15,646 nt of DNA from Candidatus Velthaea sp. (GCA_050012475.1 JBEKHC010000143.1:1-15646); one strand, 5' to 3'; positions 1-8,778 are shown, numbered from the stretch's first letter. Notes: a model not told the origin generated them from the letters alone. Program-made: numbers and translations.

Positions 1-1
1 C

Positions 2-34
2 GAGCGATTCAAAGAAGCGTTCAAAGCGGACTAA
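2..34 (+). CDS. dnaJ: 3' end of upstream gene, probably chaperone DnaJ (partial)
   Basis: Reads ERFKEAFKAD-TAA, resembling the DnaJ C-terminus of Firmicutes (..FFDKVKRAFKGD); rsmE lies downstream as in the usual dnaJ-prmA-rsmE order. Only 10 residues are visible. Confidence 0.55.
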   Translation, partial: ERFKEAFKAD

Positions 35-37
35 CGG

Positions 38-55
38 CAGCAGCAGCAGCAGCAG
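38..55 (+). repeat. (CAG)6 trinucleotide repeat
   Basis: Six tandem CAG units starting 3 nt after the upstream stop codon. Confidence 0.9.
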
Positions 56-121
56 GGCTCGACTTCGTCGAGCCCGTGGCGTTTGCGGCTGCGCCGCAAG
101 CCGCGGTGGCGTCGCAAACGC
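55..121. repeat. Two adjacent intergenic hairpins (REP-like palindrome plus long GC stem)
   Basis: Perfect inverted repeat GGGCTCGAC-TTC-GTCGAGCCC (55-75); second stem GCGTTTGCG (79-87) / CGCAAACGC (113-121) with inner CGCCGC/GCGGTG. No U-tract. Confidence 0.6.
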
Positions 122-205
122 GGCGCTTCGTGTACTGGCATTTCATGCTCGTCGCGAGGCGAAGCGCGGATCGATGACGCAGCAAGCAGCGTCGTGCATT
201 CCCTC

Positions 206-1672
206 ATGATACGAACGGTGAGCGCGCTGGCGGGTCCGCTGAGCGCTTTCGGACGCGCGCTGGCGCCGCGTCCGCATCCGTTTGCCACGGATCCGTTTCT
301 CCAAGGCCCGAACATGCCGCGCGCCGACGAACGGGAGATCGCGGATCTTCCGGTTGAAGGCACGATCCCCGCCGAACTTCACGGGACGTATCTGCGCAAC
401 GGACCCAATCCGCAGTTCGAGCCGCTGGTATACAATTTTCCGTTCGACGGCGACGGGATGATTCACGCGGTCGAACTGCGCGACGGACGCGCCAGTTATC
501 GCAATCGCTGGGTCGCAACGGCCGGGCTGCGGGCCGAGCGCCGTGCCGGCCGTGCGGTGTACGGCAGCGCGCGTCAACCGTTTCCGGTCAGCAAGCGGCT
601 CATCGGCGCCGACGGCGACGCCAGCCCGGTCAAGAACGCGGCGAACACCAACGTGATCGGCTTTGCCGATTGTTTTCTAGCGCTGTACGAAGCGGGTCTG
701 CCCTACCGGCTCGACGCGCGGCTCGAAACGTTGGGCTCCTTCGATTTCGGCGGCCGGCTGACCAATTCGATGACCGCGCATCCCAAACGCGATCCGCGCG
801 ACGGCTCGCTGCACTTTTTTCGCTACTCGGTGGACGTGCCGCAGTTCATCTACTACGTTGCCGACGCCGGCGGAACGATCGTGCGCGAGACGCCCATCGC
901 GCTGGCCGCGACGACGATCGTGCACGACTGCCTGTTGACGGAGCGTTCGTTCGTGCTCGTCGTCGCGCCGCTGATCTTCGATCTGCAAGCGATCGTGCGC
1001 GGCAAGCCGGCCTTCCGTTACGAGCCGCAGCGGGGCACGGAGATCATCATCGTCGATCGCGCCGATCCGGCCAAAGCCGTGCGGCGTGTCATGACCGACG
1101 GATTTTATTTCTGGCATTTTCTCAATGGCTACGAGACAGCCGACACGCTGCTCATCGATCTGATCGTCCACGCGTCGATGGAAGAATCGTTTCGCAACGA
1201 CGAGCCGACGCCCTCACTAGTGCGCCTGCGCGTCGACCTGCGGACGGGCACCTGCGCGTTCGAGCGCCGCGACGAACGCTGCATCGAGTTTCCGCGCATC
1301 CCCGACGGCCTGAGCGGACGCGCGTACCGTTTCGGTTACGCGGCCGTCGCCGGCGTTCGCGGGCCGCGTACCGAAATGCCCGCGGCGACCTTCGACGGTC
1401 TCGTGCGTTACGACATGTCGGCCGATTCCGTGACGGTGCGCGCGTTCGATGCGGGCTGTTTCGTGGGCGAACCCGCGATCGTTCCCAAACATGATGCGCG
1501 CGACGAAGGCGACGCGTACGTGATGACATTTACCTACGACCGTGCGACCGATACCAGCGCGTTCGTCATCATCGACGCGACTGATTTCACCGGGCCGCCG
1601 GTGGCAACCGTCCGGCTTCCGGTCCGGGTGCCGAACGGCTATCACGGCAGCTGGGTTGCCGCGGCGGGATAG
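206..1672 (+). CDS. Carotenoid cleavage dioxygenase (RPE65/CCD family)
   Basis: Motifs GxxPxxLxGTYLRNGPN, FDGDGM, NAANTNV; four Fe-ligand His (TAHPK, IVHD, FWHF, GYHGSW); second-shell Glu (LYEAG, EFPR, GEP). Start placed at ATG 206; the ORF-track start at 83 runs through intergenic hairpins. Confidence 0.93.
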   Translation: MIRTVSALAGPLSAFGRALAPRPHPFATDPFLQGPNMPRADEREIADLPVEGTIPAELHGTYLRNGPNPQFEPLVYNFPFDGDGMIHAVELRDGRASYRNRWVATAGLRAERRAGRAVYGSARQPFPVSKRLIGADGDASPVKNAANTNVIGFADCFLALYEAGLPYRLDARLETLGSFDFGGRLTNSMTAHPKRDPRDGSLHFFRYSVDVPQFIYYVADAGGTIVRETPIALAATTIVHDCLLTERSFVLVVAPLIFDLQAIVRGKPAFRYEPQRGTEIIIVDRADPAKAVRRVMTDGFYFWHFLNGYETADTLLIDLIVHASMEESFRNDEPTPSLVRLRVDLRTGTCAFERRDERCIEFPRIPDGLSGRAYRFGYAAVAGVRGPRTEMPAATFDGLVRYDMSADSVTVRAFDAGCFVGEPAIVPKHDARDEGDAYVMTFTYDRATDTSAFVIIDATDFTGPPVATVRLPVRVPNGYHGSWVAAAG

Positions 1673-1681
1673 CGGAGCGCG

Positions 1682-2479
1682 CTACGGAGTCGCGTTCGGG
1701 CTGGGCGATCCGCTGGGAGCAACGCTGGCGCGACATTCGCCCACCGCGGCGATGACGGCCGCCGTCGCGACCTGTTCGCGCCGGGCCGTGACGCTTTGCG
1801 TGCCCTCGAGCTGGTTGTTGATCGCGTCGTAGACGGTGTGGCCGCTCAGAGTCGAGGCCGACTCGGAGGCGGTCGTTGGTAAGCCGGAGACGGGCGTCGT
1901 ATCCGGCAAGCCGGCGACGCCGAGAAAGGAAACCGGATCGCTGGTGGCATCCGGCTGCGGAACGGCTGCATCGCTGGTCGCGCTTTTCATCTGATCCGAC
2001 ATCTGGTGCTGCATTTGACCGAGCGCCTCGGTATCGAGCGTGCCCGAAACTAAATCGAGCGCTTTGCGCTGCGAGTCGGCGACGGCTTGCAGTTGTGCGC
2101 GCATGCTCAGCGCGTCGCGGTCGTCATCGTTCTTCGGGTAGGCGGGGAAGCGTTTTTCGTCGCGCAGCATCCGGTCGACGACGCCGAAGTTATGGACCAA
2201 ACGCGTCTCGACTTGCTCGAGGTACAGCATATCGATATCGATGGCCGCACTGGAGGTGCCGGCTTGATCGTGCGCCATCTTGGCGAAAGCGCGATGACCG
2301 GCGCTGATGAGTTCGTCGTTTTTCATCAAGCCCGCGATCGTCGGAGCGATGTTTTGGCGCAGCGTCGTGCACAGCGCGTTCGAACGTACCCGGCCGATTT
2401 CGGGCAAGACCGGCGCCGGTGTCGGCGTCGCCGGCACGAACAGCGGCGCGAGCGCAGCCAAAAACAGGAAACCGTTCAT
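1682..2479 (-). CDS. Secreted hypothetical protein (265 aa)
   Basis: ATG at 2479 preceded by AAGGAG RBS on the minus strand; hydrophobic N-terminus MNGFLFLAALAPLFVP, then PTPAP linker and a PSGSPSP-type tail. Confidence 0.8.
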   Translation of the reverse strand: MNGFLFLAALAPLFVPATPTPAPVLPEIGRVRSNALCTTLRQNIAPTIAGLMKNDELISAGHRAFAKMAHDQAGTSSAAIDIDMLYLEQVETRLVHNFGVVDRMLRDEKRFPAYPKNDDDRDALSMRAQLQAVADSQRKALDLVSGTLDTEALGQMQHQMSDQMKSATSDAAVPQPDATSDPVSFLGVAGLPDTTPVSGLPTTASESASTLSGHTVYDAINNQLEGTQSVTARREQVATAAVIAAVGECRASVAPSGSPSPNATP

Positions 2480-2540
2480 ACTGCGGCTCTCCTTCGACGC
2501 TGCGGCGGGTACTCCGGCGCGGCCCATGGTACTTGGCGAC

Positions 2541-3278
2541 ATGCCGCGCGACCGCTTTTTCATCGCGGGCGAGCACGTCGCGGGCGAGCGCGTGGCGCTT
2601 GCGCCCGACGACGCTCGCAAGCTCGTCACCGTCTTACGCCGGCAGAGCGGCGATCGCGTGCAGGTCGTCGACGGAACCGGTGCCGCGTTTGCCGCGCAGC
2701 TCGATCTCGACGGCAAAACGGTGTATGCGATCCTGGGCATGCCCAGCGCGCCGGGCGCGAGCGAAATCGGCGCCCGCATCGTTTTGGCGCAGGGCATTCC
2801 CAAGGGCCAAAAGATGGATTTCATCGTCGAGAAGGCGACCGAACTCGGCGTCGCGGCGATCGTTCCGCTGCGCAGTGACCGCGTCACGGGCGAACGTACC
2901 GGCGAGCACAAGCGCGAGCGCTGGCAGCGGATCGCGCGCAGCGCGGCGCAACAGGCAGGCCGTTCGCTCGTCCCGCACGTCGAACCAGTCAGCGACTGGG
3001 GCAGCTTGCGGGCGACCTTCACGGCCTACGAGCGCGTCTACCTGCCCTGGGAGCGCGCCGGCGCGGCGCCGCTGCGCGAACGTTTCGAGCGCGAAGCGGC
3101 AGCCGCGTCGTCGGTCCTCATCGTGGTGGGACCTGAAGGCGGCTTTTCGACCGGCGAAGTCGAGGCCGCGCAGGCAGCCGGTGCCCTGCCGATCTCGCTC
3201 GGGAGCCGCATTCTGCGGACCGAAACGGCGGCGCTCGTCGTTCTGGCCGCCCTGCTGTACGCACGCGGCGACCTATGA
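2541..3278 (+). CDS. rsmE: 16S rRNA m3U1498 methyltransferase RsmE
   Basis: MPRDRFF start, VLR..GD, KGQKMDFIVEKATELGV, AAQQAGR, VGPEGGFS, LGSRILRTETA. Confidence 0.96.
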   Translation: MPRDRFFIAGEHVAGERVALAPDDARKLVTVLRRQSGDRVQVVDGTGAAFAAQLDLDGKTVYAILGMPSAPGASEIGARIVLAQGIPKGQKMDFIVEKATELGVAAIVPLRSDRVTGERTGEHKRERWQRIARSAAQQAGRSLVPHVEPVSDWGSLRATFTAYERVYLPWERAGAAPLRERFEREAAAASSVLIVVGPEGGFSTGEVEAAQAAGALPISLGSRILRTETAALVVLAALLYARGDL

Positions 3279-3354
3279 GTTTGCCCGAACCGGCCCAAAC
3301 TGAGACAGCAGCACGGGAAAGGCTGTATCATGAGGCGTAAACCTTCCAATCTTA

Positions 3355-3636
3355 ATGGCACATACGCTAGAAACGCTCGAGCCCGGAACGCCGGTATACG
3401 TGGGTACCGTACGCGTCGGTGAGGTTCGGGCTCTTTACACCGAAGGCAATTCTCGGCAAGCCGAATTGATCGTCGTGCACTGGGACGCGCGCAACGAGGA
3501 CGTTGCGGTTCCGGCCGGCGAGGTCGCGACGCTCGACGCGAGCGGTGTGCGGCTCATCGCACCCGAGGTCGCCACGTATGCCACCCTCTCGAAATTCGAC
3601 GCGGCGCGCTTTCCGACGGTGCACCCGCTTACGTGA
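3355..3636 (+). CDS. Small hypothetical protein (93 aa; possibly PRC-barrel-like)
   Basis: Clean ATG ORF whose stop overlaps the next start (GTGA); GTPVY...RVGEV and VAVP..EV pattern is reminiscent of PRC-barrel folds (inference). Confidence 0.7.
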   Translation: MAHTLETLEPGTPVYVGTVRVGEVRALYTEGNSRQAELIVVHWDARNEDVAVPAGEVATLDASGVRLIAPEVATYATLSKFDAARFPTVHPLT

Positions 3637-4370
3637 CCGTCCCCGTTACGGCCGTGTCCACCCAACTCAAATTCTCGATCGTCGTTCCCACGTATAAAGA
3701 AGCCGGAGGAATCGAGCGGCTCATCCGTACGCTGGACGACGTTTTCAAGCGCAACGCGCTTGACGGCGAAGTCATCGTCGTCGACGACAACTCGCCCGAC
3801 GGCACCGGCGACATCGTCGATCGGTTGGCCGCGGAAGGCCTTCCGGTGCGCTGTCTGCACCGGCCCGGAAAGATGGGGCTGTCCAGCGGCGTCATCGACG
3901 GCTGGAAGTTCGCCCGGCCGGATTCCGATGCGCTCGGTGCGATGGACGCGGATTTCTCGCACGACGCCAGCGTCATCCCGACAATGGTCGCCGCGCTCGC
4001 CGATGGCTACGATCTCGCGATCGGTTCACGGTACGTCAAAGGCGGCGGGATCGAGGATTGGCCGCTGCAACGCAAGATCACGTCGCTCGTGGCGATCGCG
4101 CTGGCCAAACCGCTGACCCCGGTGCGCGACATCACGTCGGGCTATTTTCTGGTCCGGCGCAAGTCGATCGAAGGCGTCGAACTCGACCCGATCGGGTTCA
4201 AGATCGGACTCGAGGTCATCGCCAAGGCGCGCTACACACGCGCGATCGAAGTGCCGTACGTGTTCACCGACCGTGTCGCGGGCACGTCGAAACTCAATAA
4301 GAACGAGATCGGCAATTATTTGCGGCAGCTCGTGCGCATCTACCGCGGCCGATTGTTGGGACGCAACTAA
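3633..4370 (+). CDS. Polyprenol monophosphomannose synthase (DPM1-like GT2 glycosyltransferase)
   Basis: SIVVPTYKE, VVDDNSPDGT, GLSSGVIDG, MDADFSHD, GSRYVKGG, DITSGY, EVPYVFTDRVAGTSK. Confidence 0.92.
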   Translation: MTVPVTAVSTQLKFSIVVPTYKEAGGIERLIRTLDDVFKRNALDGEVIVVDDNSPDGTGDIVDRLAAEGLPVRCLHRPGKMGLSSGVIDGWKFARPDSDALGAMDADFSHDASVIPTMVAALADGYDLAIGSRYVKGGGIEDWPLQRKITSLVAIALAKPLTPVRDITSGYFLVRRKSIEGVELDPIGFKIGLEVIAKARYTRAIEVPYVFTDRVAGTSKLNKNEIGNYLRQLVRIYRGRLLGRN

Positions 4371-5279
4371 ATGCCGATGCCGGATTGGCTGCGGATTCGC
4401 CGCGGCGAGATCCCATCCGGCGAGGACGCCGCGCAGTGGACGAAGTGTCCGAAGTGCGGCGAGATGCTGTACCGGCCCGAGCTGGCCGCGGCGCTTTACG
4501 TCTGCAAGAACTGCGGACAGTATTTTCGCATGCACGCATTCGATCGCGTGAGCATGCTCATCGATTCCGACTTCGTCGAGATCGGCGCCGACTTGACCAC
4601 GCCCGATCCGCTGAATTGGGTCGATAAAACGCCGTATCCGCAAAAGCTCGAACGTGACCGCGAGAAGTCGCAGCTCTCCGAGGGCGTCGTCTGCGGCTTC
4701 GGCGCCATCGGCGGCTTCCCGGTCGCGCTGGGTGTGATGGATTTCAACTTTCGCGGCGGCACGATGGGAACGGTCGTCGGCGAACGCATCACGCTCTTGT
4801 TCGAACAGGCGCGGACGCGCAAAGTGCCGTGCATCATCTGCACCGCTTCAGGCGGCGCGCGCATGGAAGAGGGCATGTTGGCGCTCATGCAGATGGCCAA
4901 GACGACGCTGGCGGTCCGGCGTTTCGTCGCCGACGGCCATTTCTACCTCAGCGTGCTGACCGACCCCACCACCGGCGGCGTCTCGGCGTCGTTCGCGTTT
5001 CAAGCCGACGTCATCGTAGCTGAAGCCAAAGCCTCGATCGGTTTCGCCGGCCGGCGCGTCATCGAACAAACGATCCGCCAGAAGCTGCCGGACAACTTCC
5101 AGACCGCCGAGTTTCTGCTCGAAAAAGGCGCGATCGACATGGTCGTAAAGCGGCCCGACCTGCGCGCCACGCTGATCCGGATGCTCGACTACGCCGTCGG
5201 CGATCCGGCGCCGCGTCCGGCGCGCAACGGCCGGCTCTCGGCCGTTAAACGCGAAGCGCCCGAAGAAGCACCGGCATGA
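4371..5279 (+). CDS. accD: Acetyl-CoA carboxylase carboxyltransferase beta subunit
   Basis: WTKCPKC...CKNC zinc finger, GGTMG, SGGARMEEG, DPTTGGVSASFA, IGFAGRRVIEQT, FQTAEFLLEKGAIDMVV. Confidence 0.97.
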   Translation: MPMPDWLRIRRGEIPSGEDAAQWTKCPKCGEMLYRPELAAALYVCKNCGQYFRMHAFDRVSMLIDSDFVEIGADLTTPDPLNWVDKTPYPQKLERDREKSQLSEGVVCGFGAIGGFPVALGVMDFNFRGGTMGTVVGERITLLFEQARTRKVPCIICTASGGARMEEGMLALMQMAKTTLAVRRFVADGHFYLSVLTDPTTGGVSASFAFQADVIVAEAKASIGFAGRRVIEQTIRQKLPDNFQTAEFLLEKGAIDMVVKRPDLRATLIRMLDYAVGDPAPRPARNGRLSAVKREAPEEAPA

Positions 5280-6223
5280 ACGTCATCGTCGAACGCGAGA
5301 AAGGCTTGCTTCAGCTCGAGCAGCGCATCGCGGATCTGCGCAAACACTCCGCCGACCAGCCAGTCGATCTTTCCAATGAGATTACCGCACTCGAGCAAAA
5401 ATACGGCCAGATCCAGCGCGAGATCTTCGGTTCGATGTCGCCCTGGCAGCGGGTCAACATGGCGCGCCATCCCAAGCGCCCGATCGGCAGCGACTACATT
5501 GCGGCGCTCGATCAATTCGACGAACTGCACGGCGATCGCCATTTCCGCGACGACGTCGCGGTGATCGCCGGCTTCGCCAAACTCAAGGGCCGGCGCGTGC
5601 TGGTCGTGGCCCAAGAAAAAGGCCGCGACTTCAAAGACAAAGTCCGCCACAATTTCGGTTCGGCTTCGCCCGAGGGCTATCGCAAAGTAACCCGGCTGGT
5701 GAAGCTCGCGGGCCATCTCGGCTTACCGGTGGTGACGTTCGTCGATACGTCCGGCGCCGATCCGGGACTGGGGTCCGAGGAACGCGCGCAGTCCGAAGCC
5801 ATTGCCACGTCGCTGGCGACCTTCGCCGACATCCCGGTACCGGTGGTCGCGACGGTGATCGGCGAAGGCGGCAGTGGTGGAGCGCTTGCTTTGGCGCTGG
5901 CTGACCATGTCATCATGCTGCAGCACAGCGTGTATTCCGTGGCGTCGCCGGAAGGCGCGGCCGCGATTCTGTGGGGCGACGCCTCGAAAGCCGATGAGGC
6001 AGCGTCCCGGCTGCGGCTCACCAGCGACGATCTGCGCGAGTTCGGCATTATCGACGAGGTGATCCCCGAGCCGCTGGGCGGAGCGCATCGCGATGCGGCG
6101 GGGACGATCGCCGCGGTCATGACCGCCGTCGACGCCGCGTTGGGCAAGCTCAAACTAACGCCGGTGCATACGCTGCTGGACCGCCGCTACGCCAAGTTTC
6201 GCCGGATCGGTACCGTCGCGTGA
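5276..6223 (+). CDS. accA: Acetyl-CoA carboxylase carboxyltransferase alpha subunit
   Basis: ARHPKRP, ELHGDR, PEGYRK, GEGGSGGALA, YSVASPEGAAAILW, IPEPLGGAHRD; ATGA overlap with accD. Confidence 0.97.
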   Translation: MNVIVEREKGLLQLEQRIADLRKHSADQPVDLSNEITALEQKYGQIQREIFGSMSPWQRVNMARHPKRPIGSDYIAALDQFDELHGDRHFRDDVAVIAGFAKLKGRRVLVVAQEKGRDFKDKVRHNFGSASPEGYRKVTRLVKLAGHLGLPVVTFVDTSGADPGLGSEERAQSEAIATSLATFADIPVPVVATVIGEGGSGGALALALADHVIMLQHSVYSVASPEGAAAILWGDASKADEAASRLRLTSDDLREFGIIDEVIPEPLGGAHRDAAGTIAAVMTAVDAALGKLKLTPVHTLLDRRYAKFRRIGTVA

Positions 6224-6525
6224 ACGCGAGATCGACGTTACGATTGCTTGGCCGCATGATGCTGCTGGTCATCGCCGGGACGTTTGTCACGTTGGTCGGC
6301 CTGCAATATGCGCGGATGATCGGCAAAAACACCGGCATGGCCGCGCAGCTGGCGGCAGCGCAAAACGACGTCCGCAGCTTGGAAGCCAAACGCGCCGAAC
6401 AAGCTCGGCAGATTCGCCGGCTGTCCGATCCGCAGGGCGCTATCCCCGAAATTCATGATAAGCTGCACCTCGTCGGCGACCACGAAACGATCATTTACAT
6501 CAAAAAACATGACGACGGACCCTAA
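6220..6525 (+). CDS. ftsB: Septum formation initiator FtsB/DivIC family protein
   Basis: Single N-terminal TM segment, coiled coil, LSDP...E..HDKLHLVGDHETI C-terminal pattern; sits upstream of an S1/YabR gene as divIC does. Confidence 0.8.
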   Translation: MNARSTLRLLGRMMLLVIAGTFVTLVGLQYARMIGKNTGMAAQLAAAQNDVRSLEAKRAEQARQIRRLSDPQGAIPEIHDKLHLVGDHETIIYIKKHDDGP

Positions 6526-6925
6526 GCGCGTCCGCGGGACCGTCATCAACGTACACGCCCTGGGCGCGACGGTGCGCTTAGAGGATGGGCGGCTCATGGC
6601 GGTGCCGATCGGCGACGTCAACGCGAATCGGGCCGCCTACACGCGTGCGCTCGACGCGCGCACGACCACGTTGCCCTTCGATCTCCTTGGCCGCTCGCTC
6701 TTGCTGGCCAAGACCCGGGCGGACGAAGCGATCGTTCCCAGCGGCCCAGCGCCCGTCTTGCACGATCCGGCATTCGAGGCGCAGATCAACGAGTACCTCA
6801 AATCGACCGAAGCATGGGCTCCGCCCGACCGTCCGCAGCCCTTCGAGCGCCACTTGTTCCGCAAAAAGCAGCGCGCGAAGATTTTTCGAGGCGAGAGTAA
6901 GTCGTCCGGCGAACATTCGCATTAA
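6509..6925 (+). CDS. Divergent S1-domain RNA-binding protein (YabR-like)
   Basis: VRGTVINVHALGATVRLEDG..VPIGDV resembles S1 beta strands; FEAQINEYLKSTE resembles the YabR C-terminal helix; ATG 6509 overlaps the ftsB end. Confidence 0.7.
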   Translation: MTTDPKRVRGTVINVHALGATVRLEDGRLMAVPIGDVNANRAAYTRALDARTTTLPFDLLGRSLLLAKTRADEAIVPSGPAPVLHDPAFEAQINEYLKSTEAWAPPDRPQPFERHLFRKKQRAKIFRGESKSSGEHSH

Positions 6926-7798
6926 ATGACGGACGTACGAGTCGAACCAGTGAAAGTCCCCGGCAGCTTTGTGCGCATCCAGGGGACATATTCCTCACTC
7001 CGGACCGCCGAACAGCGCGTCGCCGACTTCATTCTCAAGCATCCCGACGAGTTAATCTACCTGACGGTTACCGAACTCGCTGAGAAGACGAATACCAGCG
7101 AATCGACGGTCGTGCGGCTGTGTCAGAAGATCGGCTACAAAGGTTATCAAGAGTTTAAGATCATGCTGGCGCGCGATTTGGTCGAACCGACCAACGCGAT
7201 TTACGCCGCGATCGAACCGGGCGATTCCCTGACCACGATCAAAACCAAAGTCTTCCAGGCCAACGCACAGGCGTTGCGCGATACGATCGAAGTCCTCACC
7301 GACGCCGAACTCGAAGCCGCCGTGAAAGCCATCTCGACCGCGCGCCGCGTCGACGTCTACGGGGTTGGGGGTTCGAATCCGCTGGCGACCGATGCGTATC
7401 ACAAGTTCCTCAAACTCGGCATTCACGTCGTCGCGTTGTCCGACGGCGACATGATGGCGATGTCGTCGTCGCTGCTGCAAAAGGGCGATGTCGCGCTGGG
7501 GATCTCGCATACCGGCGCATCGCGCGACGTTACCGACGCGCTGTCGAACGCGCAGCGCAACGGCGCCACCACGATTTGCATCACCCACCGTTCGACTTCG
7601 CCGATTACCAAGGTCTCCGACATCAAGCTCTTCACGGCCGCGAAAACGACCGCGTTTCGCAGCGACGCGAGTTCGAGCCGGATCGCGCAGCTGACGATCA
7701 TCGACACGCTGTACGTCGGCGTCGCACTGTCGGGCTACGAGAATTCGGTCGAGATGATTCGCCGCACGCGCGAGGCCACGGTCAACAAGCGCTATTAG
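6926..7798 (+). CDS. MurR/RpiR family transcriptional regulator
   Basis: N-terminal HTH (EQRVADFIL..TVTELA..SESTVVRLCQKIGYKGYQEFK) plus SIS domain (YGVGGS, ISHTG, SSRIAQLTIIDTLY). Confidence 0.95.
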   Translation: MTDVRVEPVKVPGSFVRIQGTYSSLRTAEQRVADFILKHPDELIYLTVTELAEKTNTSESTVVRLCQKIGYKGYQEFKIMLARDLVEPTNAIYAAIEPGDSLTTIKTKVFQANAQALRDTIEVLTDAELEAAVKAISTARRVDVYGVGGSNPLATDAYHKFLKLGIHVVALSDGDMMAMSSSLLQKGDVALGISHTGASRDVTDALSNAQRNGATTICITHRSTSPITKVSDIKLFTAAKTTAFRSDASSSRIAQLTIIDTLYVGVALSGYENSVEMIRRTREATVNKRY

Positions 7799-8735
7799 CG
7801 GAACGGGGTCGCCGCGCGGGCTGATCTCGATCGGCACGAATTCCACGCGGCTGCTGATCCTTCAAGGCGATCTCGTGCTGACGGCGCAGTCGCTGGGCAC
7901 GCGTTTAGGGCGCGGACTCGACGCGGGCGGAAAACTCGATCCCGCGGCCCGCGAACGTACGCTGGAAACGATTCGCGGGTACATGAATGACGTGACCGCG
8001 CACCGTGCGCACATCGACGTCGTCGCCACGAGCGCGCTGCGGCGTGCCGATGACGCCGCGGCGTTCAGCGACGCCGTGGAGGCGGTGACCGGCGTCGCGC
8101 CGCGCATCATCAGCGGCGATGAGGAAGCGGCGTATTCGTTCGCCGGTGCGGCGTGGGGTGTCGACGCGAGCGGCCGCATCGGCGTGCTCGACGTCGGCGG
8201 CGGCTCGACCGAACTTGCCGTCGGCACCCGCGACGCCATCGAGCGCACGATCTCACTGGAGATCGGCGCCGTGCGGTTGTCGGAGAAATTTCCCGCGCTG
8301 CTGGGTGAGCGCGCGCTCGACCATGAGGCTCGCGTGGCGCTCGTTGCCCGGGCGCGCGGCGTTTGCGACGCCGTGCTCGCGCCGCTGAGCGAGTTCGAGC
8401 CGTTCGCGGATTTGCTGGCCGTCGGCGGGACCGTCTTCACCGCCGCGGCGATGCTGTCGGGCGATCCGTATCGGGACGGCGTTCGCATCGATCGCGCGCA
8501 GCGGCTTGAAATCGTCGACGACCTGCTGGCGCGCGCTCTGCCGGAGCGGCGCGCGATGCCCAACATCCGCCCGCAACGCGCCGACATTCTGCCGGCGGGC
8601 CTGATCATCGTCGACACGGCGTGCGACCGGCTGGAGATCGACGCGCTGCACGTCAGTCACGCCGACCTCTTGGCCGGATACCTGCGCTCGCCGCAGTACC
8701 GCGCCGTCGTCGCGCCGGGAACCCGCCGGCCCTAA
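7794..8735 (+). CDS. ppx: Ppx/GppA phosphatase (exopolyphosphatase), short form; start codon uncertain and non-canonical
   Basis: ISIGTNSTRLLI (from 7824), TRLGRG, VATSALRRA, ISGDEEA, DVGGGSTE, IGAVRL, RADILPAG. The first motif lies upstream of the ORF-track GTG at 7875; 7794 (ATT) is a tentative start. Confidence 0.88.
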   Translation: MSGTGSPRGLISIGTNSTRLLILQGDLVLTAQSLGTRLGRGLDAGGKLDPAARERTLETIRGYMNDVTAHRAHIDVVATSALRRADDAAAFSDAVEAVTGVAPRIISGDEEAAYSFAGAAWGVDASGRIGVLDVGGGSTELAVGTRDAIERTISLEIGAVRLSEKFPALLGERALDHEARVALVARARGVCDAVLAPLSEFEPFADLLAVGGTVFTAAAMLSGDPYRDGVRIDRAQRLEIVDDLLARALPERRAMPNIRPQRADILPAGLIIVDTACDRLEIDALHVSHADLLAGYLRSPQYRAVVAPGTRRP

Positions 8736-8778
8736 AGAAGATCGCACTTCGCGCTCCGCTCGCTGCTGCGAACGTGCG

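Noticed and set aside
31..363. Minus-strand ORF ending in a poly-Cys run
   Set aside because: The Cys run is just the reverse reading of the (CAG)6 repeat; the ORF is antisense to the CCD gene.
2307..3022. N-terminal extensions of rsmE (from 2307) and of the minus-strand gene (from 3022) implying a long overlap
   Set aside because: Family start (MPRDRFF at 2541) and RBS plus signal peptide (2479) give non-overlapping divergent genes.
8700..8708. CGCGCCGTC at the end of ppx as the P3 5' strand pairing with GACGGGCGCG
   Set aside because: Lacks the following AAA-[CT]TCGGCG P4 strand and any upstream P1 or exon; likely chance in GC-rich DNA.
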